Shown here in pieces: positions 1-9,472 of a stretch of DNA of 64,000 bases. How positions within the stretch are numbered: the stretch's first letter is position 1; each line of letters opens with the position of its first letter. Location: NCBI GenBank assembly GCA_040877415.1, contig JBBDNV010000128.1, positions 14,953-78,952 on the forward strand. Reading direction: 5' to 3'. The position numbers and the translations under genes are program-made. The stretch is from Pirellulales bacterium. Its GTDB lineage: Bacteria > Planctomycetota > Planctomycetia > Pirellulales > PALSA-1355. The notes under the pieces were generated by a model. It ran no database searches. It saw nothing but the letters and a program-made list of their open reading frames with translations, and had not been told where the DNA came from.

Positions 1-1741
1 GGCCGTTGATGATAAAGGAGTTGGCGGCAACCGGCGTGCCGACGTTGTTGGTAACCGTGAAGTCACTCGCGTCGACCGTCGTGGTTTTGATGTCGTCAGA
101 AAAGTTCGCGACGTAGTCAACCGGCACCGTGCTAACGACGGAGCCAACCGCCGGAACGGTGGTCGTTACCGTCAGGCCCAGCTCGATCTTCTTATAGTAA
201 ACGTTGGGATCCTTGCGCGGGGCTCCCCCGGGCAGGTCGGAACGGTTGTCGGACCAGACGACGTGGAAAGCGCCCGGCGTTGCGGCCGCATGGTTATAGT
301 CACCCATATAGACAGGGTTGATCCTCGTGTCGCGGCCGAACTCCGGCAGCGATGCAACGTTACTGACCGCGAAACTGGGCTCGAACGTGACCGTCGGGCC
401 GGAGATGCTGCCGACTCGTCCGTAGTACTTGAACAGGTTGTTGCTGACCGCGTCTTCCTGCCGGCTGTAATAGAAAATCCCCAGCTTGTCGCCACCCGGC
501 GAAACGGTGATCGTAGGAAACCATTGGTCCGTGGTGGTCGCGTCGTCGTTGACGCGGACGCGCGGACTCCAAGTGGCGCCGCCGTTGGTCGACATCACCA
601 TGAAGGCGTCACCCTTATCCACGCCGGCCGGATTGTCGTTAAAGGAGACGTAGACGTGGCCGTTGACGGGGTTGACGGCGGCGTGTGGAAACGCATTGCT
701 TCGGAAGCCGCTCGGGCTGCCTGTTCCCTGGCGAACGCCGGTCAGGCCCATGTCGCCGTTGGTTCCGACCGTGGCCAGCGAGGCGACCGTGACCTCGGGA
801 CCAAAGGTCACCCCGAAATCGATGGACTTTCGCATCTTGATCGTTTGCGGCGAGGACCGCTGATCGAAGAAGAACGTGTACACGTCGTGATTGGGGGCGA
901 CGGCCACATAAGCGCCCTGCACGTTGCCGCCCGAGCCCGAGGCAATCAGCGTGCCACCGTTGGGACCGAAGGTGTTTCCGTTGTCGGTCGAGCGGTAGAA
1001 GATCATCGAGTTGGCGGCGCCGAAGTCGCGCACGATGTGGTACACGTTCCCGTTTCCAGGGCCGGCGAAGTTGTCGACCGCGATCCACTGTTTGTCCGAG
1101 CTGCCGGCGCCCGGGGCGCCTTCGACCGGAGCCAACCACGACGCGCCGCCGGTGTCGGAGCGGAATATTCGGATGCCGCTGCCGCCGAACTCGAGGGTGG
1201 AAAAAAAGAGGCGACCGGTGGTGTCATTGCGCGCGAGCACGGGATCGCCCGCGTCGCCGAGCGAGTTTGTCGGAAGTTCGCCGCCGTCGGTGAAAGTGAG
1301 CCCACCGTCGATGGAGCGGGAAAAGCCGGTGAACTTGTTGCTAGCGACCGCGTTAGACCCCGAGTCATTGTAACCGACCACGACCGTGTTGCCGAATGCC
1401 AGGATCGTGGTCTCGCTCTGCGTGAAGAAGCCGGTGCCGGCGTTGCCCACGTTGTTGTTGGTCAGGATGTCCGGTTCGTCGCCCGGCGCGGCGGCCGGGT
1501 TGCTACTCACATTTCCCTCGTCGAGCGTCCCCGGATCGATCGTCGCGACCGTGTTGACGTTGGAAAGCGGGTTGATCAATTCCAGCATGCCGTCCGGCGA
1601 TGTCTTATCAGGCGATAACGACAAGGCCGCGCTCATGCTCAACACGACGCGCTCTTCCAAAAACTCCGTCATCAAGCGGGCATGGCCCGGCTGGCGTCTC
1701 AGGTCGTGTGGTCGTCGAGCGCGTGAACGGGTCTTTCGCAT
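1..1741 (-). CDS. BNR/Asp-box repeat glycosyl hydrolase (sialidase-like), partial. The N-terminus is at 1741 and the C-terminus lies beyond the window start.
   Basis: Manual minus-strand translation from ATG at 1741..1739 reads without a stop to position 1. It is absent from the ORF track because the stop codon lies outside the window. There are four Asp-box motifs (RSIDGGLTF, RSDTGGASW, RSTDNGNTF, MSTNGGATW). An in-frame stop lies immediately upstream of the ATG. The plus-strand 451-aa ORF 263..1618 is its antisense shadow. Confidence 0.6.
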   Translation of the reverse strand, partial: MRKTRSRARRPHDLRRQPGHARLMTEFLEERVVLSMSAALSLSPDKTSPDGMLELINPLSNVNTVATIDPGTLDEGNVSSNPAAAPGDEPDILTNNNVGNAGTGFFTQSETTILAFGNTVVVGYNDSGSNAVASNKFTGFSRSIDGGLTFTDGGELPTNSLGDAGDPVLARNDTTGRLFFSTLEFGGSGIRIFRSDTGGASWLAPVEGAPGAGSSDKQWIAVDNFAGPGNGNVYHIVRDFGAANSMIFYRSTDNGNTFGPNGGTLIASGSGGNVQGAYVAVAPNHDVYTFFFDQRSSPQTIKMRKSIDFGVTFGPEVTVASLATVGTNGDMGLTGVRQGTGSPSGFRSNAFPHAAVNPVNGHVYVSFNDNPAGVDKGDAFMVMSTNGGATWSPRVRVNDDATTTDQWFPTITVSPGGDKLGIFYYSRQEDAVSNNLFKYYGRVGSISGPTVTFEPSFAVSNVASLPEFGRDTRINPVYMGDYNHAAATPGAFHVVWSDNRSDLPGGAPRKDPNVYYKKIELGLTVTTTVPAVGSVVSTVPVDYVANFSDDIKTTTVDASDFTVTNNVGTPVAANSFIING

Positions 1742-1860
1742 GGCAGGGTTTCTCCAAGTAGTCTGTCAAAGCGGAAACGGCAGGTGGAGGGCGCGGAAGC
1801 TAGCGGTTGAGGAGCAGGGTCAAAGTACGGTCTCCTAATATAGATGGAGCGTTGTCACAA

Positions 1861-1895
1861 GCAACAAAAATGTACGATTTCCAGGATTTTTTTGG
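1861..1895. promoter_or_regulatory. Variant copy of the AAAAAT..ATTTTT palindromic motif upstream of DUF1501 gene 1
   Basis: The sequence acaaaaatgtacgatttccaggattttttt lies about 170 nt upstream of the DUF1501 start. It has the same AAAAAT/ATTTTT arms as the four consensus copies at 22580, 24075, 29945 and 29973. Confidence 0.3.
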
Positions 1896-2058
1896 CGCAG
1901 GGCCTGCCCCTTGCGCCCGGCCCGGCGACGTGATTCGAGCGATTTCGTTTCTCACACCGGCCCCACCACGGCAAAGCCCGAAGATTTGCCGGCGGCGATC
2001 CAATGTTGTAGGCTGGCGGCCGGAATCCGCCGCTTCGAGATCAAGCTTTCGCCAGCCG

Positions 2059-3444
2059 ATGCCCGCCCAACCTCAGCATGCCCCAGCAGTCTCAACTGGC
2101 CGCGTCAACCGCCGCCAACTGCTGCGCGCCGGCGGCCTCGGCTTTCTGGGCCTCAACCTGGCACATTTGTTCGAGGCCGAAGCGCGGGCCGGCATGATCG
2201 GCGGCGCCGCGCTGGCGAAGAACCCGATCGAGTCGTGCATCTTGATGTTCTACTACGGCGGGCCGAGTCATCACGACACGTGGGACATGAAGCCACTGGC
2301 GCCGGCCGAAGTGCGGGGCGAATTCAAACCGATCGCCACCAGCGTGCCCGGCGTGCGCATCAGCGAACATCTGCCGCGGTCGTCACAGATCGTCGATCGC
2401 CTGGCCGTCGTTCGCGGCATGCACCACACGATGAGCAACCACAATGCGGCGGCCGTCGAGGCGCTGTGCGGCCGCACGCCGCTGAAGGGCGATCTCGAGC
2501 TATTGTCCAACGACCCGACGACCGACTTTCCGTGTTACGGCTCGGCGCTGACCTATTTGAAAGGCGGCACGCCGTCGGTCCCGCCGCACGTGGCGTTGCC
2601 GCACGTGATGTACAACGTTGTCAAACTCCCCGGGCAGACGGCCGGTTTCCTGGGCGCCGCCTATGAGCCGCTGCAAGTGACCAAGGACCCCAACGCGCCC
2701 GATTTCCGCGTCGCCGAAATCGAGCTGCCCTCCGGCCTCTCGCTGGGGGAATTGGAGAACCGCCGGGCCCTGCTGTCGCGCATCAACGCCCGGATGCCGG
2801 ACGACAGGGCGCAGGGCAACATGAACGCCTTTTACCGGCGGGCGTTCGACCTGTTGCGCTCCGACGCCGTGCGGCGGGCCTTCGACATCGGCCGGGAAAA
2901 CGTCCGTACGCGCGAGCGCTATGGCCGCAACATCCACGGGCAAAGCGCGCTCTTGGCCCGGCGACTAGTCGAATCCGGCGTCCGGTTCGTCAGCATATTC
3001 GACCGCGTGCGCAACGGGCCGAACAACTGGGACACCCACGACAACAACTTCGGACGCCTGAAAGACGATTTGCTGCCGCCGTGCGACACGGCCTTTTCGG
3101 CGCTTGTCGAAGATCTCGAGGCCCGCGGGCTGCTGGATTCGACGCTCGTCGTCATGCTGGGCGAATTCGGCCGCACGCCCAAGATCAACGGCGCGGGCGG
3201 CCGCGATCACTGGCCCAACTGTTATAGCGTCGTACTGGCAGGGGGCGGAATCGCGGGCGGGACGATGTACGGCGCCAGCGACAAATTGGGCGCTTACCCC
3301 GAAACCAATCCGGTCACCCCGGGCGATCTGGCCGCCACTATTTTCTGGCGATTCGGGCTCGATCCGGCCACCGAATTGCACGATCCGGCCGGCCGGCCAT
3401 TCCGCCTGGCGGTCGGCGAGCCGATTCACGGGCTGTTCGGCTAG
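2059..3444 (+). CDS. DUF1501 family protein (sulfatase-like fold) with a twin-arginine signal
   Basis: An internal ATG at 2059 gives MPAQPQHAPAVSTGRVNRRQLLRAGGLGFLGLNLA, with an RR motif and a hydrophobic stretch. The body matches DUF1501 (GGPSHHDTWDMKP, GEFGRTP, GRDHW). The ORF-track start at 1807 is a TTG extension. Confidence 0.85.
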   Translation: MPAQPQHAPAVSTGRVNRRQLLRAGGLGFLGLNLAHLFEAEARAGMIGGAALAKNPIESCILMFYYGGPSHHDTWDMKPLAPAEVRGEFKPIATSVPGVRISEHLPRSSQIVDRLAVVRGMHHTMSNHNAAAVEALCGRTPLKGDLELLSNDPTTDFPCYGSALTYLKGGTPSVPPHVALPHVMYNVVKLPGQTAGFLGAAYEPLQVTKDPNAPDFRVAEIELPSGLSLGELENRRALLSRINARMPDDRAQGNMNAFYRRAFDLLRSDAVRRAFDIGRENVRTRERYGRNIHGQSALLARRLVESGVRFVSIFDRVRNGPNNWDTHDNNFGRLKDDLLPPCDTAFSALVEDLEARGLLDSTLVVMLGEFGRTPKINGAGGRDHWPNCYSVVLAGGGIAGGTMYGASDKLGAYPETNPVTPGDLAATIFWRFGLDPATELHDPAGRPFRLAVGEPIHGLFG

Positions 3445-3504
3445 CGCCGCAAAGACACCAGCCCGAAGCGGCAGTTCTAACAACTTTTTTGAAGGAGCTT
3501 TTAT

Positions 3505-4185
3505 ATGTTTCGCCCTTGGTTGGTGGCCGGCTCGGCGGTGGCTCTGGCCGTCTCGGTGGCTGCTTCGGCACAAGCGCAGTTTCCGCGCGGGATGCGCTTT
3601 CCCGCGTCGTTGCAGGACGTCTTCATGCTGCGCAACGAAGCCGTGCGAAAGGAGCTCAACGTCAACGACGAGCAGCAGGCGGTGCTTGCCAGTCTGGCGG
3701 CAAAGTTGCAGCAGGACGCCTTCGAGATCATTTCCGGATTGCAGGATCTCACGCCCGAGGAGCAAAAGGAGGCGATGGCCGACGTGATGAAGATGGTCGC
3801 CGAAAAGGGCAAGGAAGTGAAGCAACAGGTCGATGGGATCCTGGACAAAACGCAAATCGAGCGGTTCAAAGAGCTGTCGCTCCAGTCCCGGGGCGCACAG
3901 GCGCTCGAGGACGACGAAATGGTCGCCGCTCTCGAAATCACCGACGAGCAAAAGAAGCAATTGGCCGGCATCCGCGAAGACGGTATGCAGGCCGTCCAGG
4001 AGGCGTTTCAAAAATTGCGGGGCGGCGGCAGCGACCAGGGAGACATCCGCAAGAAGATAATGGAAATGCGCAACCGGTTGTCCGACAAAGCCTTAACGGT
4101 GCTCACTCCCGAACAGCGCGAGCAATTCGAGAAAATGAAGGGAGCTAAATTCGACTTTCCGGCTGGACGTGGCTTCCCTTTTTAG
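3505..4185 (+). CDS. Secreted LTXXQ-motif (Spy/CpxP-like) periplasmic protein
   Basis: There is a strong SD (GAAGGAG) 7 nt upstream and a signal peptide MFRPWLVAGSAVALAVSVAASAQA. LTPEEQ and LTPEQREQFEKM motifs sit within a charged helical sequence. Confidence 0.6.
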   Translation: MFRPWLVAGSAVALAVSVAASAQAQFPRGMRFPASLQDVFMLRNEAVRKELNVNDEQQAVLASLAAKLQQDAFEIISGLQDLTPEEQKEAMADVMKMVAEKGKEVKQQVDGILDKTQIERFKELSLQSRGAQALEDDEMVAALEITDEQKKQLAGIREDGMQAVQEAFQKLRGGGSDQGDIRKKIMEMRNRLSDKALTVLTPEQREQFEKMKGAKFDFPAGRGFPF

Positions 4186-4315
4186 AACCGATATTCTATT
4201 TTACGAAACACGCCACTTGCCACTCGGGTAGTATTGATATCCCGCGCTACCCGACTCTCATGCACAAAGGGATTCCAGCGCACGTTCACTCGAGTAGATT
4301 AACCGAGGTGTTAAG

Positions 4316-6133
4316 ATGGGCAAATTTCGGCATCTAGCATTGATTGCGGCGATTGTCGGCTGCGCTTCGATCTCGATCGCTGCCGACTCTCCGATCGGCA
4401 AGAAGATCGACAGTTTTTCGCTGCCCGATTTTCACGGCAACAAGCATTCGCTGAACGACTACGAGGGAAAGCCGGTGGTCATAGCGTTTGTCGGCACCGA
4501 ATGTCCCCTGGCGAAGAACTACGCGCCGCGGCTCACGAGCCTGGCGGCCGAATTCTCGGAAAAGGGCGTGGCCTTCCTGGCCGTTAACGCCAATGTGCAG
4601 GATTCCCTGATCGAGGTCGGCAACTATGCCCGGGACTACAAGATCCCCTTCCCGCTGCTGAAGGACAACAACAACGTCGTGGCCGACACGATGGGCGCGG
4701 TGCGCACTCCGGAAGTCTTTCTATTGGACAAGGACCGGGTGGTGCGCTACTGGGGCCGCATTGACGATCAATACGGCTTCAAAACCGGCGCCGGCTACGT
4801 CAAGCCCAAGCTGAAAGAACGGTACCTCGCTGACGCCATCACCGAGGTGCTCGCCGGCAAGGAAGTCAGCCGGCCGGAGGTCGCGTCGGTGGGCTGTTTC
4901 ATCGGCCGCGCCACAAAGACCGAGCCCAAGGGCGAGGTGACCTACTCCAACCAAATCGCCCGCATCATCCAGAACAACTGCGTGGAATGTCACCGCGCGG
5001 GCGAAGTCGCTCCGTTTACGCTTCTGTCGTACGACGACGTGTCGGCCTGGGCCGATACGATTCGCGAAGTGGTCAGCGAGGGACGCATGCCCCCCTGGTT
5101 TGCCGATCCGCGCTTCGGCCACTTTATCAACGACGCCCGGCTGAGCGATGAGGACAAACAGCAGATTTTCGCCTGGATCGACAACGGCTGCCCGGAGGGC
5201 GATCCGAAAGATCTGCCCGAGCCGCGCAAATTCGTCGAAGGCTGGCAGATCGGCAAGCCCGACCAGATCGTCTACATGCGCGACGAACCCTTCGCGGTTC
5301 CGGCCGAAGGGGTGGTCGACTATCAGTACTTTTCGGTCGATCCGGGCTGGACCGAAGACAAGTGGATTGCTGCCACGGAATGCCGCCCCGGCAATCGTTC
5401 GGTGGTGCACCACATCATCGCGTTTTTGCAGCCGCCCGGTGACAAGGACGTGGGAGATCGCGGTGGGATCGGCGGTTATGCCCCGGGCATGACGCCCAAC
5501 GTTCCCCCGCCCGGCACGGCGATCTTCGTGCCGGCCGGCTCGAAGCTGGTCTTCCAGTTGCACTACACGCCCAACGGCGTCGAGCAGACCGATCGCAGCA
5601 TGGTCGGCATCAAGTTCGCCGATCGCAAGACGGTCAAGCAAATCGTCCGCGGCGGCCTGGTGGGCGACACCGGCTTCCGGATTCCGGCGGGCGACGCGAA
5701 CTACGAAGTCACGGCCCGGCACTTGTTCCTCAAAGACACGCTGCTGTTGAACCTGACGCCCCACATGCACCTGCGCGGCAAGGATTTCAAGTTCGAAGCC
5801 GAGTATCCCGACGGTAGGCGCGAAGTGCTGCTCGACGTGCCGAAGTACGACTTCAACTGGCAGCTTCGCTACATGCTGGTCGAGCCGAAGCTGATGCCCA
5901 AGGGCACCCGGTTGCACTGCACGGCCCACTTCGACAATTCGGCCGACAACCAGGCCAATCCCGATCCCACCGACACGGTCACCTTCGGCGATCAGACGTG
6001 GAACGAGATGATGTTCGGGTTTTACAGTTCGATCGATCCCAAGCAGGATCTGACCCAGGGCCTGGCCGACCGCGGCTCGGGTGACGACAAGGTTGCCGGC
6101 CAGACCGCGACCGAAACGACCGCCAAGAACTGA
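4316..6133 (+). CDS. Secreted three-domain protein: redoxin/AhpC-TSA thioredoxin fold, c-type cytochrome (CxxCH), and a PHM/DBH-like copper type II monooxygenase domain
   Basis: RBS GAGGTG and a signal peptide are present. The N-terminal domain has the redoxin signature VVIAFVGTECPLAKNY...FLLDKDRVV. The heme motif is CVECH. The C-terminal domain carries the histidines HH (NRSVVHHIIAF), H (QLHYTPNG), HxH (TPHMHLRGK) and Met (NEMMFGF), with spacing like the CuH/CuM sites of peptidylglycine monooxygenase. Confidence 0.7.
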   Translation: MGKFRHLALIAAIVGCASISIAADSPIGKKIDSFSLPDFHGNKHSLNDYEGKPVVIAFVGTECPLAKNYAPRLTSLAAEFSEKGVAFLAVNANVQDSLIEVGNYARDYKIPFPLLKDNNNVVADTMGAVRTPEVFLLDKDRVVRYWGRIDDQYGFKTGAGYVKPKLKERYLADAITEVLAGKEVSRPEVASVGCFIGRATKTEPKGEVTYSNQIARIIQNNCVECHRAGEVAPFTLLSYDDVSAWADTIREVVSEGRMPPWFADPRFGHFINDARLSDEDKQQIFAWIDNGCPEGDPKDLPEPRKFVEGWQIGKPDQIVYMRDEPFAVPAEGVVDYQYFSVDPGWTEDKWIAATECRPGNRSVVHHIIAFLQPPGDKDVGDRGGIGGYAPGMTPNVPPPGTAIFVPAGSKLVFQLHYTPNGVEQTDRSMVGIKFADRKTVKQIVRGGLVGDTGFRIPAGDANYEVTARHLFLKDTLLLNLTPHMHLRGKDFKFEAEYPDGRREVLLDVPKYDFNWQLRYMLVEPKLMPKGTRLHCTAHFDNSADNQANPDPTDTVTFGDQTWNEMMFGFYSSIDPKQDLTQGLADRGSGDDKVAGQTATETTAKN

Positions 6134-6152
6134 TCGCTAGGGGGCAAGGTGA

Positions 6153-6200
6153 TCGTTCTTACGAGAGAGGCCGTCCGGGATTTCGGGCGGCCTCTCTCTT
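6153..6200 (+). terminator. Rho-independent terminator after the redoxin/cyt c/monooxygenase gene
   Basis: GC-rich hairpin gagagaggccg-tccgggatttcggg-cggcctctctc followed by ttttgcgcttt. Confidence 0.6.
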
Positions 6201-6323
6201 TTGCGCTTTCGGAGTCGCAGCTTCGCTTGACCTCCCGAGCGGGGATTTGTGTTGACTTTTCGCCCAAAATAGGGGCACAATAGCCTTCGGCGACTACTGG
6301 AACACGGAATGGAGGCTGGGGAC

Positions 6324-8222
6324 ATGCGATCTATCATGCGCGCTGTTGCCGTCTTCGCTTGCGTCGCCGTGAGTTTTCTTTACGGCCCCCCACTCGCTCG
6401 CGCCACAGAACCCACGTCCGCCGACACGCCCGAACAATTGGTGCGTGCGGCTCTCGAGTCGGAAGTTACAGGCGCCTCCGACGAGCGAGCGCGACTGCTG
6501 GCCGAAGCCCTTGCGCGCGATCCCAACTTCGCGCCGGCCCGCTGGCACTCGGGCTTCGTGCGCATCGGCGACGAGTGGATCCAGATCGACGACGTGCCCG
6601 GCCGCGTCGGCAACGACCCGCCACTGGCCGTCTATCGCCAGAAGCGCGACGCGCTGGTGGACACGGCCGACAATCACCGCGAGCTGGCCCGCTGGTGCCG
6701 CAAGAACCGCTTGAACGACGAAGAGCGCGTTCATTGGGCGAAGGTGCTGGAGTTCAACTCACAAGACGCCGAGGCACTTGCGGCGCTCGGATTGCAACTG
6801 TACGAAGGCCGCTTGATGACTCGGGCGCAGATTGAGAAGGCAAAGGTCGCGGCCGGCGAGCGGATGCGCGCCATGCGCAAGTGGCAGCCGCAACTGCTCA
6901 AGTGGCGCGCGGCCATCGAGCGCGGCGTTCCGAAGCGATTGGACGAGGCGCTGCGCGGCCTGAACGAACTGTCAGATCCCGAAGCCCTCGGGGCCTTGGA
7001 AACTGTGTTCGGCATGAGCGCCGACTCAGAAAGAACCAATCGGTTGAATTTGCTGTTGATTGAAGTTGCCGATCGGATTCACCACCCCGAGACAACGCAG
7101 GTGTTGTTGCGCCGGGCGGTCAATGCCGATTCGACGGACGTGCGTCTGGCAGCGTGCGAGGCGCTCAAAAGGCGACCGATGCACGCCTACGTGCCGCTGT
7201 TGATCGAGGCCATGCCCGGCTCGCTGTCGACGAAATTTCACATTTACACGCTGCCCAACGGCACCGTGATGCACGAGCACGAAATCCAGCTCAAGAACCG
7301 GCAAGGCACGGTTTCGATCACGTATGACTGGACGATTCATCCGACTGATCTGAGAGTGGCATCGGCCATTACTCCGCTGGCACTGGCCGGCGAATTGAAC
7401 AAGGCCGCGTCCATTGAAGCCGCTGCCCAAACCAGCGAGCAGCCGAATGGGCGGCTGCGCGAGCGGCTGCAATTCGTGCTGAAGTACACGACCGGTTTCG
7501 AAAGCGCCGACGACCCCGAGCTATGGCTCCGCCAATACAGCGAATACTACGGCTGGGGCATGCCCGATCAAGCGAAGAAAGACGTGCGCGTGTATGCCTG
7601 GCAATACGAAACTTATTTTCCGCTGCGGTCGCCCGAGGAGCAATCCAGCTCCAGCGGAACAGGGTTGACGGTCGCCCCGCGCAGCGAAAGTCCTCTGACG
7701 AGTCCCGGCTCTCGGCCCGTGTTTACGGCAATCTCGGGACCTGCGCTTACGCTTCGCGGCGAGTGCTTTCCGGCCGGAACGACCGTGCTGTCAATCAGCG
7801 GTCCGAAACCGATTGAGACCCTAAAGCCGGGCGATCGTGTACTGGCGCAGGATATCGCCACCGGCGAGCTCGCCTATAAGACCGTGCAACAGCGTACGCT
7901 GCGCCGCAGCGTCAAGCTCATGAATATCCGCTGCGGTCCGCGGACGATTTCCGCGACCCCAGGACATCCGTTTTGGGTCGTTGGCCACGGCTGGCAAGTG
8001 GCAAAACACCTCCAGATCGGCGCGCGTTTGCGCGGACTCGAGGAGGACACGGTGGTCGACAAGATCGAAGAACTTCCACCGCAGGAGGTTTACAACCTGA
8101 TCGTCAGCGACTTTGCCACCTTTTTTGTTGGCCCCCAGCGGCTGTTCGTGCACGACGATTCGCTGTTGAGTGAAACTTCGGTCCTGGTGCCGGGGCTCGC
8201 CGTGCAAACCGAGGCTCCTTGA
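6324..8222 (+). CDS. Secreted HEAT/PBS-lyase-like repeat protein with a C-terminal Hint (bacterial intein-like, BIL) domain
   Basis: A second ATG at 6324 has GGAGG 8 nt upstream. The signal peptide is MRSIMRAVAVFACVAVSFLYGPPLARA. The C-terminal roughly 150 aa start at Cys (GECFPAGTTVLSISGPKPIETLKPGDRVLA) and end with the Hint block VYNLIVSDFATFFVGPQRLFVHDDS. Confidence 0.7.
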   Translation: MRSIMRAVAVFACVAVSFLYGPPLARATEPTSADTPEQLVRAALESEVTGASDERARLLAEALARDPNFAPARWHSGFVRIGDEWIQIDDVPGRVGNDPPLAVYRQKRDALVDTADNHRELARWCRKNRLNDEERVHWAKVLEFNSQDAEALAALGLQLYEGRLMTRAQIEKAKVAAGERMRAMRKWQPQLLKWRAAIERGVPKRLDEALRGLNELSDPEALGALETVFGMSADSERTNRLNLLLIEVADRIHHPETTQVLLRRAVNADSTDVRLAACEALKRRPMHAYVPLLIEAMPGSLSTKFHIYTLPNGTVMHEHEIQLKNRQGTVSITYDWTIHPTDLRVASAITPLALAGELNKAASIEAAAQTSEQPNGRLRERLQFVLKYTTGFESADDPELWLRQYSEYYGWGMPDQAKKDVRVYAWQYETYFPLRSPEEQSSSSGTGLTVAPRSESPLTSPGSRPVFTAISGPALTLRGECFPAGTTVLSISGPKPIETLKPGDRVLAQDIATGELAYKTVQQRTLRRSVKLMNIRCGPRTISATPGHPFWVVGHGWQVAKHLQIGARLRGLEEDTVVDKIEELPPQEVYNLIVSDFATFFVGPQRLFVHDDSLLSETSVLVPGLAVQTEAP

Positions 8223-8239
8223 AACCGGCCCGCGATTCC

Positions 8240-9472
8240 ATGATCTTCTTCCGGGCATGCGTCGTCGCTGTAATCGTCTCGCTGGCCGCCGTTGCGCGGG
8301 CCGGACAGGGCGACGCGAGGGATGGCGCGGCGCGGCTGCTGGAGATGGCCGAAAAGAACACGCCGCCGGCCGTCGCCGCGGCCCGCGCCCGGTACGAACA
8401 GCTTAAGAAGGCAAATCCCGACGACGCGCGGATCGACTACGTTTACGGCGTCGCGCTGGTGAACCAGCACCTCTACGGCGAAGCGCTGCCGCTTGTGGCG
8501 CGATACCTGGCCCGCCACGCGGACGACGGCAACGCTATCCGCACGAAGATCTGGATCGAGCTTCACGATCGCCAATATGCGCCGGCCCTCAAAGACGCCG
8601 TCAGCCTGAGCCGGCTATTTCCCAAACGTTCCGGCGCGAAGCCGAATCCCGATTTCGAAGAGGCCGCGCGTTTCCTGGGAGCGGTTTTCGGCTACCTGGA
8701 GCTGGCCAGGCCCGAAGCCGTCGACGAGAAGCTCCGCGCGGCGGGCAAGAACCAGGTGTTGTCGGCGCTCGGCGATGCGTATCTGAGCCCGTTCGAAGAG
8801 GGGCGCCAAAAGGTCTCCGGCCGGCTGGCCGAGCTCGACAAAGAGCAAAAGGAGAAGCAAGACCAGGCGGCCGAGACGCTTGACGAGCGCCAAGGCAAAG
8901 TGAAAGAGGCGATTGCCGACGATCAACAGAAAATCGCCGCGGGCACTGAGACCATCCAGGCCAGCGCCGAGCAACTGCGCGACGCCCAGCGGCAGTTCGC
9001 CGTGCTGAGCACGCAGCTAAATTCGCTCGAAAAGGATCGCGCTCGATTGAGTGCGCAAATCGTGACGGTCCAAACACAACTGCTCGATCTTCAGAAGGAC
9101 GTCAAGCTCGATGCCAAACGCAGCCCGACCGTTTCCATCGACACGGCCGCGAAACTCGCGCAACTGAGCGTGATACTGGCCGGCCTCGACCGACAAGCTT
9201 TCGCGATGGACGAGAAGATCCTCGCCCTGCGGACTCAAGCGACCCAATTGGGCGCCAAGGGCAACAAGGAATCGCAAACGCTGGCCGCAAACCGGGCCGC
9301 GGTCGGGCAGGTCGAGCGGCGCGCCAAGGCGCTGGAAAACCAGGTCCGCCGGCTCGAGGCCAAACGGCCCGTGCGCCGCGCGCCGACGGCCGAAATGAAG
9401 AAGTTTTCCACCTACCTGTCCTTCCCGTTCGAGGAAGAGAAACAGCGCGTCCTCGGCTGGTTCGAAGAGTAG
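8240..9472 (+). CDS. Secreted or membrane-anchored coiled-coil protein with an N-terminal TPR-like segment
   Basis: The ATG at 8240 gives MIFFRACVVAVIVSLAAVARA. The track start TTG 8219 overlaps the upstream stop. A long heptad-like Q/E/K/A/L-rich region follows (LDKEQKEKQDQAAETLDERQGKVKEAIADDQQKIAAG...). It is translationally coupled to the upstream Hint gene. Confidence 0.55.
   Translation: MIFFRACVVAVIVSLAAVARAGQGDARDGAARLLEMAEKNTPPAVAAARARYEQLKKANPDDARIDYVYGVALVNQHLYGEALPLVARYLARHADDGNAIRTKIWIELHDRQYAPALKDAVSLSRLFPKRSGAKPNPDFEEAARFLGAVFGYLELARPEAVDEKLRAAGKNQVLSALGDAYLSPFEEGRQKVSGRLAELDKEQKEKQDQAAETLDERQGKVKEAIADDQQKIAAGTETIQASAEQLRDAQRQFAVLSTQLNSLEKDRARLSAQIVTVQTQLLDLQKDVKLDAKRSPTVSIDTAAKLAQLSVILAGLDRQAFAMDEKILALRTQATQLGAKGNKESQTLAANRAAVGQVERRAKALENQVRRLEAKRPVRRAPTAEMKKFSTYLSFPFEEEKQRVLGWFEE

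Noticed and set aside
263-1618. 451-aa plus-strand ORF rich in R/D/V/G
   Set aside because: It is the antisense shadow of the minus-strand BNR gene. Its composition is typical of wrong-frame high-GC translation, and it has no motifs.
3104-4011. Overlapping ORFs 3104..3787 (+) and 2965..4011 (-)
   Set aside because: They overlap the DUF1501 3' end and the LTXXQ gene in wrong frames. Their Ser/Arg-rich compositions mark them as artefacts.
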